From contig OZ024742.1 in NCBI GenBank assembly GCA_964016885.1, positions 319,362,001-319,426,000 on the forward strand: a stretch of DNA of 64,000 nt, in the 5' to 3' direction. A model generated the notes under the pieces. It had not been told where the DNA came from. It ran no database searches and saw nothing but the letters and a program-made list of their open reading frames with translations. Positions 1 through 13,486 of this stretch are shown here, piece after piece. Each line of letters begins with the position of its first letter. Position 1 is the first letter of the stretch. Both the position numbers and the translations under genes were made by a program. The DNA comes from Eledone cirrhosa. Its lineage: Eukaryota.

Positions 1-3000
1 GGTGATAGTAAGCTGAACATTAACATAAGAGATAGAAATAACCGATTTTTGGTGTTCAATCCATTGAACATTGTTAAATTAGGATGTAAGTACTTAGCAT
101 TCCACAGGTAGCTGTAGCCTAAACATAATTCTCAGACTATATTTGCATGACAATATATAAGACCAGGCCTCTGAATTACAGGTACAATACCTCCAATAGG
201 CCTTCATGTATTTTCCATCTGCCCAATTTCACTTGCAAGGCTTGAGTTGATCTGTGGGATTGAACCTAGTAGCTCAATATTGTGAAACTGACTTAAGGTT
301 TACTGAAGTTGAAAAAGCACCAGCACATGATCTGATGGAACCTGACAAAAAGCTTCTGATCTGTTATTAGGGATAAAACTGTGAAGCCCATTGGCAGATA
401 GCTTTATCAGAAAAGTTCTCAAGTGTCAGATACAATTGAAAGCTTTGCTAGTTTCAAAAACTAATTTACTTTCAAATTTTTCAAGATAAAAGACCATTGA
501 ATGTAAGCCATCTCATGGATTTGGCTCTACTCAAACCATATTGCAGATCACTGAAGTGATTTTAGGTGATAAGGTCATATCTATCATGCTAGAAATGTTG
601 ACTGGCTCAATGGCCTAGCTGCAGAAAGAACGAACTAGTATTTATTAAGGATATGTCAAAATCCAACAGATGTCCAGTACTGCCCTACCTAATGATTGTA
701 TGCACATCTTGGTATGGAGAGTAGACTGAAGATTTGCTGTGTGCATGAAAGAGAGGTAAAAAATGTGAGTTTCGTCTGCAGGGGTTATTTTCGGCGCCAA
801 TTGGATTGAGGAGTTTCTTGACAATCATCTTTTGTAGCTAACAGCTTCCTAGTTGACTGATTGCTAACAAATATTGTAGACAGTATTATTTTGTTGATAC
901 AGCTACTTCTCGTTGCATTGTGGAATTTAACTTATGGAGAGATGTAGTTACAAGAATAGACTTAGCAGAACTGAATCACATTTACGAAACGAGGCAGTCC
1001 AAACCATTTAGCTTATTTGAACTACCAAAAGCTTTAGAGTATTGCTGAAACAGGTCGTGATCAGATAATCCTAGAAGATTGATCACGAATATTTTTATTA
1101 TCTTTTCCTTCAGTTCTATCCTAATTTAGATGAATCTGCAGTATCACATCGACACATTCGAGACATTTTCTCTGGATATCAATTAGAGGACTTGTCTCAT
1201 CATTGATTTTTGAAATAATTCAAGTTAAGCGATGCTCCAGTATGACCATATTCCTATGAAAAAATAGAGATTAAATAATAAACACTAAATATATATAAAG
1301 GGACCAAACATACCAGTTTATTTGCTGCACTTCACATTTATCATAGTAGCAGTTGACATAGCTGAATGGACAAAAAATCCCCTATGGACTGCTTACTTTC
1401 ACAGATAAGGTACTTAACTGCTTGAGTATCTTATTTCCGCAAATTATTACCCGAAAAACATCGGTTACCGTTTTTGCAGCTTCGCTTGCGATATAAAAAG
1501 ACTAACGGAAATTAGGATTTCAGATTTGAAGAGTAAAATCGCTTTCTTCATCTTTATGCTATGATGCAATGTATGAGCATTGTCTTAAAAGTAAAATCTC
1601 CGTACCTGCTCTAATTTTTTTTAGATTAAAAGCTGAAAAAAAAAGAAAAAGAAAGAAATATAATCCATTATATTTCTTGGAGAAAATGTTCTTAAAATTT
1701 TTCGAACAGTTACATACACACATACATACATAAGTTGTAAAGTACGAAGCAATAGGATTAGGCTTAAATTACTTGTAAGTAATTTATCGATAAGATAAAA
1801 TGAAAGAAAATACAAACAATGGAGAAAAATGGAAATTTAATTTAAAACGTTAACACAATAGGAATACAAAATATGAATACCATGAAGAGTTAAAAAAAGT
1901 ACATATAGATTATTGCCTTAAGATTTATTAAATAAAATCTCAAATACATTCTTAAGTAAGTTATTTGAATAACTTTTTTTTTAAATGAAGGTAAAATTTA
2001 TAAAATGAAAAATAAGCTTAAATATCTAAGTGTACTTTAATTAGCAAAATAAAAAGAAGCAAGTTTGAATGAAAGTATCTTTAACTTGCTATTATTGAAA
2101 TGTAATGAATGCTGGGAAAGAAAGAGTAAATGGAGAAGCTGGGATGACCCCGACAATTTATACTTTATTTCGAGGTTTCTTTATTAATCAATACTTTATC
2201 TTAATCATAACTTTACAATTAAGATGAAATTATTTATGAAACAATTACTTCATATACATACTCTCAAACACACATACAATTAATATTAAATATAATAGCT
2301 GCGTTATTCGAGACCTCGTGAAACCACTGTTGATTAAAGTATTAAAAAAAAAAACCCCGCAGCAATGAGGAATTCTTATTATCAAGCACATTTCCTTGTT
2401 CTGTTTGTAGCACAATTTTCTCAAGTGCAAATTCAAACAACATTGCATGGAGATAAATTTATAACCATTGCAGTAAAACCCTTACGAGAAAAATAAAAAT
2501 TTTAACTAGCCCCGCCTTGCTAATAATTGCAGTCGTGGTCTAGTTTTTGAGAGAGAAAAATTACTATTTTCAGGTGCCTCTCAGCATTCAGCTGGATTAA
2601 TGATCGGAGAAATACAGTGTAATCAATTTTATCAGGGCTGTTGTAAATGACAAAGCTATTTTCTATAATAAACTCTGTTCTCGTTTACATTCAAGCCCAC
2701 GCCACCAAACTCTCCCCCCGCTCACCAATAGAAGACAATTTCTCCTAAATTAAATGTTCCAACATACATAACTACCATATCGTATCGTGATCATCTGGTG
2801 TTCCGCTTCGGCAGTGCACTAGCTTCTACAAGTTACAAAATCTACTCTACAGAGTTAGTGTTATAAATAACCACATTTTTAGAAAAATAACAACAACTAT
2901 ACTGGATATTATATACTATATAGAGAGAAGACCTCGTGCATTTTATAGCCGCATTTTCATTTTCTTATTAAAATTTATATTTCTAGCTGATGGCTGGCAT

Positions 3001-3927
3001 GGCTACAGTCAATGAAGGTCAAAATTATTGGAATGGTGTAAAATAAATTCACGTTTGTTGCCCACAAAATCTTCTAGTTGTCCAAATAGGACAAACAATA
3101 AGATGTTTGGTCACATGCTAAACTCGAGAAAATATTTATGAATTTCCTTTTTCTCGTTCCCAAAATGAAACATGAAAATATTTTCGATTATTTAATTTAC
3201 TGTGTTAATCAATCATTATTACCTTGTTTTTGTTTTGTCCTTTTTCTGGTATAAAATTTAGTGATTTAAAATCTTCAAAATGAACAAACGACTTAACTGC
3301 ATGAACGTATTAACAGTTTTATGACACATCCATAGAGATAAGTGACTAAATATTGTACTGTACTAAGCTAAAATTGAAGAGGTTTAGATAAGAAAATCAT
3401 GAAACGTTATAGTAATTTTCCCCAAAGCTGAATGCTATTTACAGGGGACAATTTCCTTGTAATAAAAAAAAAAAAAAAATAACTACACTTGTTCTTTGCT
3501 AACCTTTATATTTTGCTTTAAATATTTAGTTAAACGCCATTTATTATTTACATTTCGTCACGGTAGCCATTTTTCTAATACATCTTAATTCCTTATCCAA
3601 AGTCTCTCATTTAGTCTCAAACATGAAGCGACCGGAATGCTAAACATCTCTAAATCTTTCTGATTAATTAGATAAGGAAATGGGGCAATAAGAGATAAAA
3701 CGTTTAAATAAATGGAGTTTTTAAATATTTAGATATTCATGAAAATAACCATCCACGACACTTAATTTTAAATCAACCAAACTAGTGAAAATATTAACTT
3801 TTGTGTGTAATAGGTTAGTACTAGTAATCGACCTCAGAAAGTTAAATGGCAAAGTTGGCCTCGATAGGATTTGATCTCAGAACGTAATGGGCAAGTCATT
3901 TTTGTCCAACGTTTTACATACAGACTT

Positions 3928-4022
3928 GCCATGTAATTAGTGAAGGGGATAGCTAACAATCTTATTAATAGGCAGATCTGCCATGTAATTAGTGATGGGA
4001 ATGGCTAACAGTCTTATTAATA
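3928..4022. repeat. Two-copy ~51-bp direct repeat
   Basis: TGCCATGTAATTAGTGA.GGG..T.GCTAACA.TCTTATTAATA occurs twice in tandem. Confidence 0.7.
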
Positions 4023-4472
4023 AGAAAAGTTAAAATGAATTATAGTTCAGCCCCGTTTTACAAGCTTATACATGCACACACACACAAATACAACTAGAGT
4101 GAATTTGCTCACACAAGTTGCTCATATTTAAGGGAGGGGTACTGCAGAGATCAACCGAATAATCGGAGCACAATGGAAAAAAAAAAGGGCATGAGAGAAA
4201 CTCATTTCTTTCTATTTATCATGGTTCACTTCTGTGATATGAAATTTTAAAGAGGGAAAATAAAGTAAAGTCTTGAACTTAAGTTATGTAAAGGAAATGA
4301 GGGGGTATAAACAGTGCATTGTAACCAAATATCCACGCACTGTTGTTTACAATAATACTATATGGTTAGTGCTACAAGTCAAACCTTTAAAAAGATTTTT
4401 TAAATAAGTTTGAAGTTCAACCCCCATCCACTCCTAATTCTATACACCTCGGAATTACAGATGTCTATTCGG

Positions 4473-4475
<3 letters not shown>

Positions 4476-4514
<39 letters not shown>

Positions 4515-4524
4515 CTGATGAAAG

Positions 4525-4556
<32 letters not shown>
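4476..4556. repeat. Interrupted (TA)n microsatellite
   Basis: Two TA runs separated by a short spacer. Confidence 0.9.
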
Positions 4557-4558
<2 letters not shown>

Positions 4559-5002
4559 TTAACCACGAACTTAAGACTGCTGATACGAGTGTGAATATGC
4601 ATTAGTGTGAGGTTAACACGTAAATTGCCTGTGTTAAACCACAGATAAAATGGTCCCATTTTAAAATCCACATCGTCATAATCTAGTAAATAAAAATAAA
4701 ACAATACAAATTAATTTTTTTTTTAAATGAACTGATAATATACAGTTAGTTAATATTAATTATAAAAAACATCCAAAGTTATATTTTTTCTTTTCTTCTA
4801 TATCTTTTAATTTTTTTTTAGATTTTTTTTTCCTGTTTTGAAATTTCTTCTTTCTCCTATTTTGTTTTCTTTTCTTATTTTTTTTCTTAAATCCACGGGA
4901 GTTGTTTGAGGTGAGGAAATAGAAAATGAAAATAAAAAGCCCACCCCCCCGCTACACAATGTTGTTTTGTTTGTTAGTTTTCTACCTCACTCCTCCCAAA
5001 TT

Positions 5003-6028
5003 TCAGTCGCGGGCCTGTTTATCGTAGTTTCTCTTAGAAGAACGTATCAGGTCTTTATTGCCATAGCTGGAGCTAACACGACCCAAGCTTCGTTCACGGT
5101 GGTAGTTGGCGTTGGTGTGATCACCAGCCCTTTCTTGGTCGCGGTAATTGTAGCTTGATGTGTGACCATTGCTCCAGTTCTGGTCACGGTTGTACTTGGG
5201 GCGATTATTCCAGCCGTAATCCCGCTGGTAACTTGAGCGTGCTTGACTGCTGCTGCCGCTCCAGTTGTTATCGCGCCGATAGTTTGAACGCGAGTGACTA
5301 TTGCCGTTTCTCCAAGCCGAGTCACGACTGTAATTCGAAGAACTGTTGTGACCACCACCACCACCACCACTACTACCACCACCACCACCGCCGCCGCCGC
5401 TAGGCCAACCCTGGTCACGGCGGTAATTAGACGAGTTTGAATAGCCGTCTTTATACCCACCTTGTCGATATGTGATGCGTCCTTGTACATCCTGTTTTCT
5501 ATCTTTCTGCACCCATACGTCGCGGCCGGCTACGGAGAATCTCTGCTGGATCACACACTTATCAACGCTGTCGTAATCATCAAAGGTAACGAAGCAGAAG
5601 TCCTTCTGTTGTCCAGTTCGATGATCCTTCGGCATTTCTATATCTTCAATGATACCGTATGGTGAAAACGCTTGTTCGATGTCTCTCTCAGTGGTATCCT
5701 CGCTGACTCCTTTGATAAACAACTTGTAGATTTCAGCATTGTTTTTGTTCCGGGAATTAACCCTCCGCGTGGTTATCTGTTGCTCACCGATAGAGTGAGG
5801 CCGCGCACTTTGAGAGTCGTCCAGATGTTTTGGATATCGGAAAGTTATGAAACCGTACATTTTAGATTCATTTGAGATTGAGTCTCTAATAATTTTAGCT
5901 TCGGTCACTTCTCCCCAGTTTTCAAAGTATGATTTGAGAATACTTTCATCGATATCTCGGCTTAAATGCCCAACATACAATTTACACCAATCTCTATTGT
6001 CCATCGCTACAAACCTGCGATCTGCCAT
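5003..6028 (-). CDS. Intronless hnRNP A/B (A1/Hrp)-like RNA-binding protein, 341 aa, with two RRMs and a Gly/Ser/Asn/Arg-rich low-complexity tail
   Basis: RRM1 has RNP2 KLYVGHL and RNP1 KMYGFITF, followed by the ARPHSIG linker typical of hnRNP A1. RRM2 has KLFIKGV and KDFCFVTFDDYDSVDK (hnRNP A1: RGFAFVTFDDHDSVDK). The ORF is uninterrupted. Confidence 0.88.
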   Translation of the reverse strand: MADRRFVAMDNRDWCKLYVGHLSRDIDESILKSYFENWGEVTEAKIIRDSISNESKMYGFITFRYPKHLDDSQSARPHSIGEQQITTRRVNSRNKNNAEIYKLFIKGVSEDTTERDIEQAFSPYGIIEDIEMPKDHRTGQQKDFCFVTFDDYDSVDKCVIQQRFSVAGRDVWVQKDRKQDVQGRITYRQGGYKDGYSNSSNYRRDQGWPSGGGGGGGGSSGGGGGGHNSSSNYSRDSAWRNGNSHSRSNYRRDNNWSGSSSQARSSYQRDYGWNNRPKYNRDQNWSNGHTSSYNYRDQERAGDHTNANYHRERSLGRVSSSYGNKDLIRSSKRNYDKQARD

Positions 6029-8876
6029 TTTTCTTTTCTTGTTTTTCTTTTAAAATATTTTCGAAGCGTAATTTCCAATTGTTAAACGGACATACTTCTT
6101 CAGCTTCACACTAATAAAAGGAATATATAAAAGGAAAATAGCTAGTTAGCAGTTTTCGATGAAATTCTATTTCGTTCGACAATAAATTTCCCGACAAAAT
6201 ACAGACAAGAGCTAAACGAATAATTGAGAAACAGGCTAGCAATGACTGCCTCTTCTTCGACCTCGTAGTTATCTTCTCATTGGTTGCTTTTATTATCAAA
6301 TTTAGGTCATCCTTTACATACAGCTTCACTTTCTTACTCTTTCACACTCTCTCTCATTCTTCTCCCCTTTCTTTCTCACACTCACTTTATATATCTTTAG
6401 TTCTCTCTCTTTGTTTTTCTATCTCTTTTTCTACCACTTCCTTCCTCTCTATGTCTTTATCATACTCTCTGTTTCTCTTTCTCTCACACTCTTTCTTTAC
6501 CCCCTTCTTTCTTTCTCTTTAATGTTTGGTTTTATAAACGGGAGAAATAGAACTCCATACAAGCTGAATATATATATATATTAATTAAAATAAAATATAT
6601 ATATATATTTGCACTTATCAAAACGCAGTACATTGGCACGTCGGCTAGTAGTAATAATAATTCATTCACATACATATATATATATCCCTTCTCTACAAAT
6701 GTTGAGATTGAACGATGTATGTAAAAGGGTTTAATCTCTGTTGGTATTTTTTGTAAAATTCATCTGGATGATGCTTTTCCCCCATGTTATTTGCACTAAT
6801 AAATAAATCATTAAAATACAGCTAATATATTAAAACAATAAAATTTTTCTGCTCATATTTGCTTCCTTGTCTTCTCGCGATAATGTGTACTTATTCCCTC
6901 TATCCAACACTTGTATTCCCTATCCCTCTCCTAAATTTCTATGCGTTCTATATATTTTTCTCGTCTTTAATCATTTCCCCCCTCCAAACATTCCTCTTCC
7001 GCTCATTTTTTACCTCTCCTTTTATGTATACAGATATATATATATATATATATATATTTCATTATATTCTACCTTAAATTAGTTATTGGTTTCTTTTTTA
7101 ATCTATTTTTATTTGTTACCATTTTGTTAACCTGTATGTAGTCTTTTCGATCTACTTTCATACTTCATTATCTACACTGTCCTAAATATAGATGTTTCTG
7201 AATATGTTAGACGGTTTGACTCAATTTAATGGTGATTTTTCAAAATTAGAAATATATACAATTGTAATAAATGAGGGAGCCGTCCAGCTTCACGGGCGGG
7301 AGAGAATTTCATTCTTGCGTTTATTTGTCTGTGAAATTAATTATATACAGTTCATTTATCGATCTAATTTTCCATCGGATATATTTTAACTTAATTATCG
7401 TTTCTCTCTGTATTCTTACTCTACGTAATTCTTTCGTTAAATTGGGATACTCTACATTTTATAACAGGTAACATACACTGTTGGGTGCCATTTAGTGCTG
7501 TAACCGGTGCCAATGGCTTCAATCAAGTGTGAATATATTTCGATAAAAACGAATGAGAGAAAATAAGTTTAACGTAAACAAACGATTAGAAATAAATAAC
7601 ATAAAATTAAAGGTAACGAACAATTTATGAAATCCTTTTAAAAAAAAAACAAACAGCAAGATTTCCGGTGTTGATATAAAAAAAATCTGTCAGCCGTGTT
7701 TAATAGTAGTCTAATGATATTTTTTTCTGGACATCCGTCAACTTATATATATATACATACATTAATATGCATATAAATTATATATACATATAAGTATATT
7801 TCTTTGTGGAATAACGGTCATTTTTTTTATTATCTCCATTCGTAGCTTTTATGTCTTATCTTATCATCTAAAAATATTTTTTTAGAAGGTAAAGGGAGGT
7901 AACTGTTAGAAGTATTCTATTATTAATATGAAAACGTTTCCGGTCACTATTTAATAGCTACACGACTATCTTCCCTCAGTCAGTGATATAGTATCGCTGT
8001 TATGCTAATATCTCTTTGGCGTTGCATACTACGTAACTGTTTAAGATGACCACCTGTTCGATGTTCGGAACAACAACAGTTTTTTTTTTTACTTAGCGTT
8101 TGCATAACGTTGGTGAACAATGACAATCAGTTATAGCAGACGTCTAAAATTTTGAACTTGTAAGACTTAGTAATTATCTTAAACGCGGCACTAGTGTAAT
8201 AATAGGTGTCCTTTACTTCACAGTTCAAAATAGAATATATGCCGATAAAAATATTCGGACCCATTCAGAGCGCAGGCGCCAAGGAATTACAAGTAGATCC
8301 CATCCTATAGTGACCATCCACATTTAAAATTAACGGCGTTCCCGCTGCGTCCATTCGGCCATTTTCAAAGGCGTTCCAACTGTATGCAGTAGGCCATTTT
8401 TTAAAGGCATTCCATCCATGACCATTCTTTTTTCTTTTAAGCTTTTAGCTTTTTTGTAAAATCTTAACTTGTGTTTGGAAAACAAAGGGACAAACATTGC
8501 AATGTTTTTTTTTGGAGGTGGAGTTATTGCAATGTCTTGTGGAGGCAAGTAGTGTATTTGATAGAGGATAGAAATCGCGTCATAGTCACTCAGCTTGCCA
8601 AAAGCTTGCCTCTTAATCTACGACATTCAACACTTGATATTTTAAATAATAGCGTTTCTGTGTCCAACTTTTCCAGACATCCAGTCGAAATAAAAAATTT
8701 AGAACGTTTTTTACCGACTGTATTGTTTTTTTTTTGTCTTTTTATGTCCTCATCAAACTTGATTGTTATTTATTAAAACCGTGTATAATGACACAAAAAT
8801 ATAAAATCATGAACAAAAATGATAAAGGAAAGCAAAAAGGAGTGTGGAAATTTACCACCATTTGCGATAATCGGCA

Positions 8877-9890
8877 ACACCTCACACCTTGGGGGGTTAC
8901 GCTCGCAGCATTACCACGGGTGATGGCGAAGCTAAGGCGCTGAAATAACCAGGCATCACCTGACACCTCAGTAAGGCAAGCTGCCAGTGAGGACAAGAAC
9001 TTTGCTGTCAGTGGCCCAATTTCACCGACCGAACGTCTCAGGCTGGAAAAAAATAATTGTTTGATAAATCCTGGTATTTCCGAATTTTATTCCGTTCGGC
9101 AGCGGAAGCAGTGACCCCCCCCCCCCAGCTCTCACATTCACTGCGGCATCCATGATGTGAGAGGGGACAAAAGAGTCACTGACTGTGACGTCCCAGACAT
9201 CTACCTCTCACCCAGGGACAAAGAGTAAGAACGTCTGGTCTCTTCCCATCACTTCTGGATAAACCAGAACTGTGGGGATATTAACCAGAGCCTGTTTGAT
9301 GATCAGGTGTGACTGGCAAAACGACCAGCATTCAGGCGGCAGGACAAACCATACAAACCTATGGAGTTGTGGGATCTACCATAGCGGCATTTCACACCCC
9401 CAACAGATGTTTGCTCCCACACGAAGTGCAATGGAGATACAGAGTTTGTCCTGACTGAGAAGGCCACCAATGTTGGCCACAGGTAGGGCATCAATCCAGT
9501 CCCCCGTATTGTTTGTGTGATAGATGGACAAAAAAGCTATACAGTAATTATGATATATCAACCAATGAAAGGTTGCATGTTCTTTCATTCATTTGATCTG
9601 TCTTTCTGAAGTGCAAAAGCATTACCCAGGAGGATAGTGATGGAGATACACTGAAAGAGCCAGTCCAACTTATGGGTCTTGTTTTTGCAGGTAGCTGTTT
9701 CCATTGTGATTGCAGTAAATAGGAAAATAGTTCAGAGACCCAGGATGCCAGATGTTTCCACTCCAATAGGTTCAAAGATAAACCTATTGGAGAGTGGCTG
9801 GCGTTTTGACATCGTTCATCAACATGTGACTGCTTCTATGTCTGGTACTTTGCTTGTTGGACTCTTTCTGCAAGACATACATTGAGAAGA
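8877..9890 (-). mobile_element. Degenerate CRE-like non-LTR retrotransposon 3' part (restriction-like endonuclease)
   Basis: Minus-strand fragments RSDGKRPDVLTLCPW..WDVTVSD (PD-D endonuclease), DWIDALPVANIG, CISIALRVG and WLFQRLSFAITRGNAASV, with frameshifts. Boundaries are approximate. Confidence 0.65.
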
Positions 9891-10049
9891 TGGGATGGTC
9901 ACAGCTAGAATGCTTTTAAAAAACGATGGAGTGGTTGATTGAAATCTTCGTCCACTTAATCCTGGGAGGGTTGCAGGGGCAGAGTCTTCAAGCACACCTT
10001 ACAGTGGATCCTGTCAGAAGCAACTGTCTCCAGTTGATAGGGCAGTATT

Positions 10050-12530
10050 GAAGAACAGATAGAGACATTTAACGTAGAAGAGAACTGGGAGTTCCTAAAA
10101 AATAACTTACTAGAGGCGACGGATGAGGTTTGTGGCTGGAGTAAGACCTCAAGCAGGAGGAGAGTGACTTGGTGGTGGAACAATAAGGTAGATGAAGCAG
10201 TCAAGGCCAAGAGACAGGCATGGAAAGAATGGAAGAACGGGGGGAGCAGGGTACATTACATAGAGACCAAGAGGGAAGCTAGGCGACAAGTATACTTAGC
10301 TAGGAGGGAAGCAGAGGATAGAAAATTCAAGCATGTTTTACAACGTGAGGACCAGAAACAGGAGGTATTCAAGATTGCGAGGCAGTGTGTCAGAGATAGT
10401 TGTGATGTCATTGGAGAGAAGTGTATCCAGAATGATAAAGGTGAGCTTGCCCTCACAAGTGCTGAGAAGAAAGATGCATGGAAGAGTCATTATGATAGAT
10501 TACTAAATGAGGAGAATGCATGGGAAGAAGAGACCCTACCCCACGTAGACCCTATAGAGGGACCAGCAGTACAAGTCAGCGGCAGCGTAGTAAGTAAGGC
10601 AATCAGAGATATGAAGATAGGGAAGGCAACCGGTCCATCGGGTATAGCTGCCGAGATGCTGAAGGCATCTGGGTCTGTAGGTCACACTATAATCACACGT
10701 ATCGTTAACCAGGTAATACTAGAGGGGGCCATACCAAAAGATTGGTGCAGTAGCATCATTGTCAACTGCTACAAAGGTAAAGGCGATGCACTAGATAGAG
10801 GAAACTATAGAGGTATAAAGTTGATGGACCAGGTCATGAAAGTAACAGAAAGAGTTATAGCACAGCTGATTAGGGACTGGGTGAATATAGACGAGATGCA
10901 ATTTGGGTTTGTACCAGGGAAAGGCACCACTGATGCCCTCTTCCTTGTGAGGCAATTACAGGAAAAGTACCTAGCTAAAAGTAAGCCACTCTACTTGGCA
11001 TTTGTCGACCTTGAGAAAGCCTTTGACAGAGTTCCACGTGCAGTAATCTGGTGGGCTCTTAGAAAACTAGGAGTAGATGAATGGCTTGTGAAAGCGGTAC
11101 AAGCCATGTATAGGGGAGCAGTCAGCAAAGTTAGGATTGGCAATGAGTATAGCGAGGAATTTAGCGTACAGGTTGGGGTCCACCAGGGCTCTGTTCTTAG
11201 CCCTCTCCTGTTCATCATAGTCCTGCAGGCAATAACGGAGGAGTTTAAGACCGGATGCCCATGGGAACTCCTGTATGCTGATGACCTCGCACTCATAGCT
11301 GAATCTATGGTAGAACTAGAGAATAAATTCCAAACCTGGAAGCAGGGACTAGAGAGAAAGGGCCTCGAAGTCAACATGACAAAGACTAAGGTCCTTATAA
11401 GTAGACGAGAAAACAGAACCCAGATCCCCTCAGGGAAATGGCCTTGCTCAGTATGTAGGAAAGGTGTAGGTAGGAACTCCATTCTTTGCCCCAAATGCAA
11501 ACAATGGGTACACAAGAGATGTAGCGGGATCTCAGGAAGCTTAATTAAGAATGTAGGATTCACATGCAGCAGCTGTGCTGAAACGGCAAGCAAACAGCCA
11601 CAGGAAACAAGTACCACCAATCTCTGGGAGGGCCCTGTAGAAACAGTAGACAGCTTCTGCTACCTAGGTGACCGAATTAGCAACGGAGGTGGGTGCTCAG
11701 AAAGTACAATAACTAGGGTAAGAACGGGATGGAAGAAGTTTAGGGAACTACTACCACTGCTAGCTGCAAAAGGCTTCTCCCTCAGAATGAAAGGCAGACT
11801 GTATGATGCGTGTATCCGAACAGCGATGTTGCATGGTAGTGAGACCTGGGCGCTGAAGGTGGAAGACTTACGTAGATTAGAGAGAAACGAAGCCTGCATG
11901 CTCCGATGGATGTGTAACAGTAATATACGTGAACGACAAAGCATAAAGGAATTGAGAGAGAGACTGAGCATAAGAGGAATCAAATGCTGCGTGCAGGAGA
12001 GGCGGTTACGCTGGTATGGACATGTGATGCGTATGAAGGATGACAGCTGCATAAAAAGGTGCAGAGCACTAGAAGTTGATGGAAACCGCGGAGTGGGGAG
12101 ACCCAAGATGACTTGGGATGAGGTGATAAAAGCCGACCTTACCCAATTACACCTCTCAAAGTCAATGACACACGACCATGACTTCTGGCGTCACGCAGTA
12201 ATACAGGGTACCCGACCTCCCATGGGTACATGCTGAAGCATATAAACAATATGTCCCCCCCCCCCCCACCGCAAGGTGGTCGTGGAGGTGCCACGGCAAA
12301 AAAGCACCCAGCCCACACTGTAAAGTGGACGTGTAGGCGCCACGAAAAAGCACCCAGCACTCACTGTAAATGAGGTTGGTGTTAGGAAGGGCATCCAGCT
12401 GTAGAAATCAAGCCAGATCAGTTCCTGTATGAGCAAGGCATGGTCAGCCGACCAGACACTGCCCACAACAGGACAACCCGTCTAACCCATGCTAGCGTGG
12501 AAGAACGGACGTAAAACGGTGATGATGATG
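10050..12530 (+). mobile_element. 5'-truncated RTE-clade LINE (RT + PHD-like finger + 3' UTR + (GAT)n tail), nested in a Rex3-like remnant
   Basis: ORF 10164-12236 has QFGF, FVDLEKAFDRV, GVHQGSVLSP and LLYADD. It is nearly identical to 53820-56312. The flanks (9955-10038 and 12531-12600) are consecutive parts of another repeat. Confidence 0.95.
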
Positions 12531-12975
12531 TCAAGCAAGCTAAGCTAAGGGATGTTATCCAACTATCTTGCTTGGAGTCTCCTGCCCATTGGTTTTGCCA
12601 ATGATTAGAATAATAAAAAAAAAAACAGGATAGTCACAGTTGGAACATGAAATGCTTACAATTTCTCAACGAATGTGCACTGAATTGGATCAATTTTTCT
12701 TTTGTTTTTTTGAAAGCTATCTATTTTCAAATGTAAAACAAAAGATAGCCATAATGATTGTTTCTCTCACAGGCACAAGGCCAGATATTTAGGAGGAAGA
12801 GTTAGTTCATTAAATTGACCCCAGTGTTTGATTGGTACATTCTTTTACTAACCTCAAAAAGATGAAAAGCAAATTTGACCTCAGATGAACCATAAATAAA
12901 TACCACATGATTTTGTCTAACACTAACAATTCTGCTTTTAAAACACTCTAATAATGGTTTCTAATATAGGTGTGT

Positions 12976-13211
12976 CCTGTCAGAGGGAACCATCTCTAAT
13001 TCATCAGGCTGGATCCCCAAGCTCATAGATGTTATCCGACCATCTTGCCCAGGGTCTACCTGTGGGTCTCCTGCCAGTTGGTTTTACCTGTAAGATCTTT
13101 CCAGCGATTCTTGAGACATTCTAACCACATGCCTGTAATATTGGAGCTGTGATCTCTCAATTCAGAGAAGTCGTGGTTCTAACTAGAGTGACTCTCTGAT
13201 CTCCAAGTTAT
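12976..13211 (-). mobile_element. Rex3/Expander-like RTE remnant, left part of the element interrupted by the CR1
   Basis: Reverse complement resembles 42045-42300. The sequence resumes at 18501. Confidence 0.7.
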
Positions 13212-13486
13212 ATAATAATAATAATGAAATTATTGTGTACAGTGCTCAGGTGCACCACAACTCATCAAAGGTGCATGTATAGTACATAGAATAATGTACA
13301 AATGTCAGGAAAATAAACAGTGTATGAGTCATGATATAATAACAATAACAATAATGAAATATTGTGCACAGTGCCCAGGTGCACCACAACCCATCAAAAA
13401 AGTGCATGTACAGTACATAGGGCAATGCACAAACATCAGTAAAATGAACAGTGCACACATGTGTGCATGTGTATGGAAGGGGCACA

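Noticed and set aside
280-1200. Possible decayed transposase
   Set aside because: Coding-like composition, but no ORF or motif I can assign.
4515-4530. CTGATGA hammerhead core inside the TA repeat
   Set aside because: No stem II or properly placed GAAA. The flanking pairing is only TA self-complementarity.
7931-7982. Minus-strand Penelope-type hammerhead ribozyme (CTGA..GAAGA..stem..GAAACG)
   Set aside because: Core spacing is wrong and the stems are incomplete. At best a decayed relic.
7270-8750. CpG-richer region with AG|GTAACA at 7467 as a first exon of a divergent transcript
   Set aside because: No downstream exon or ORF can be linked to it, so support is insufficient.
10991-12106. Long antisense ORFs (209 and 148 aa; also 54761-55876 and 5047-5490)
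   Set aside because: Shadow frames of real coding sequence with no independent motifs.
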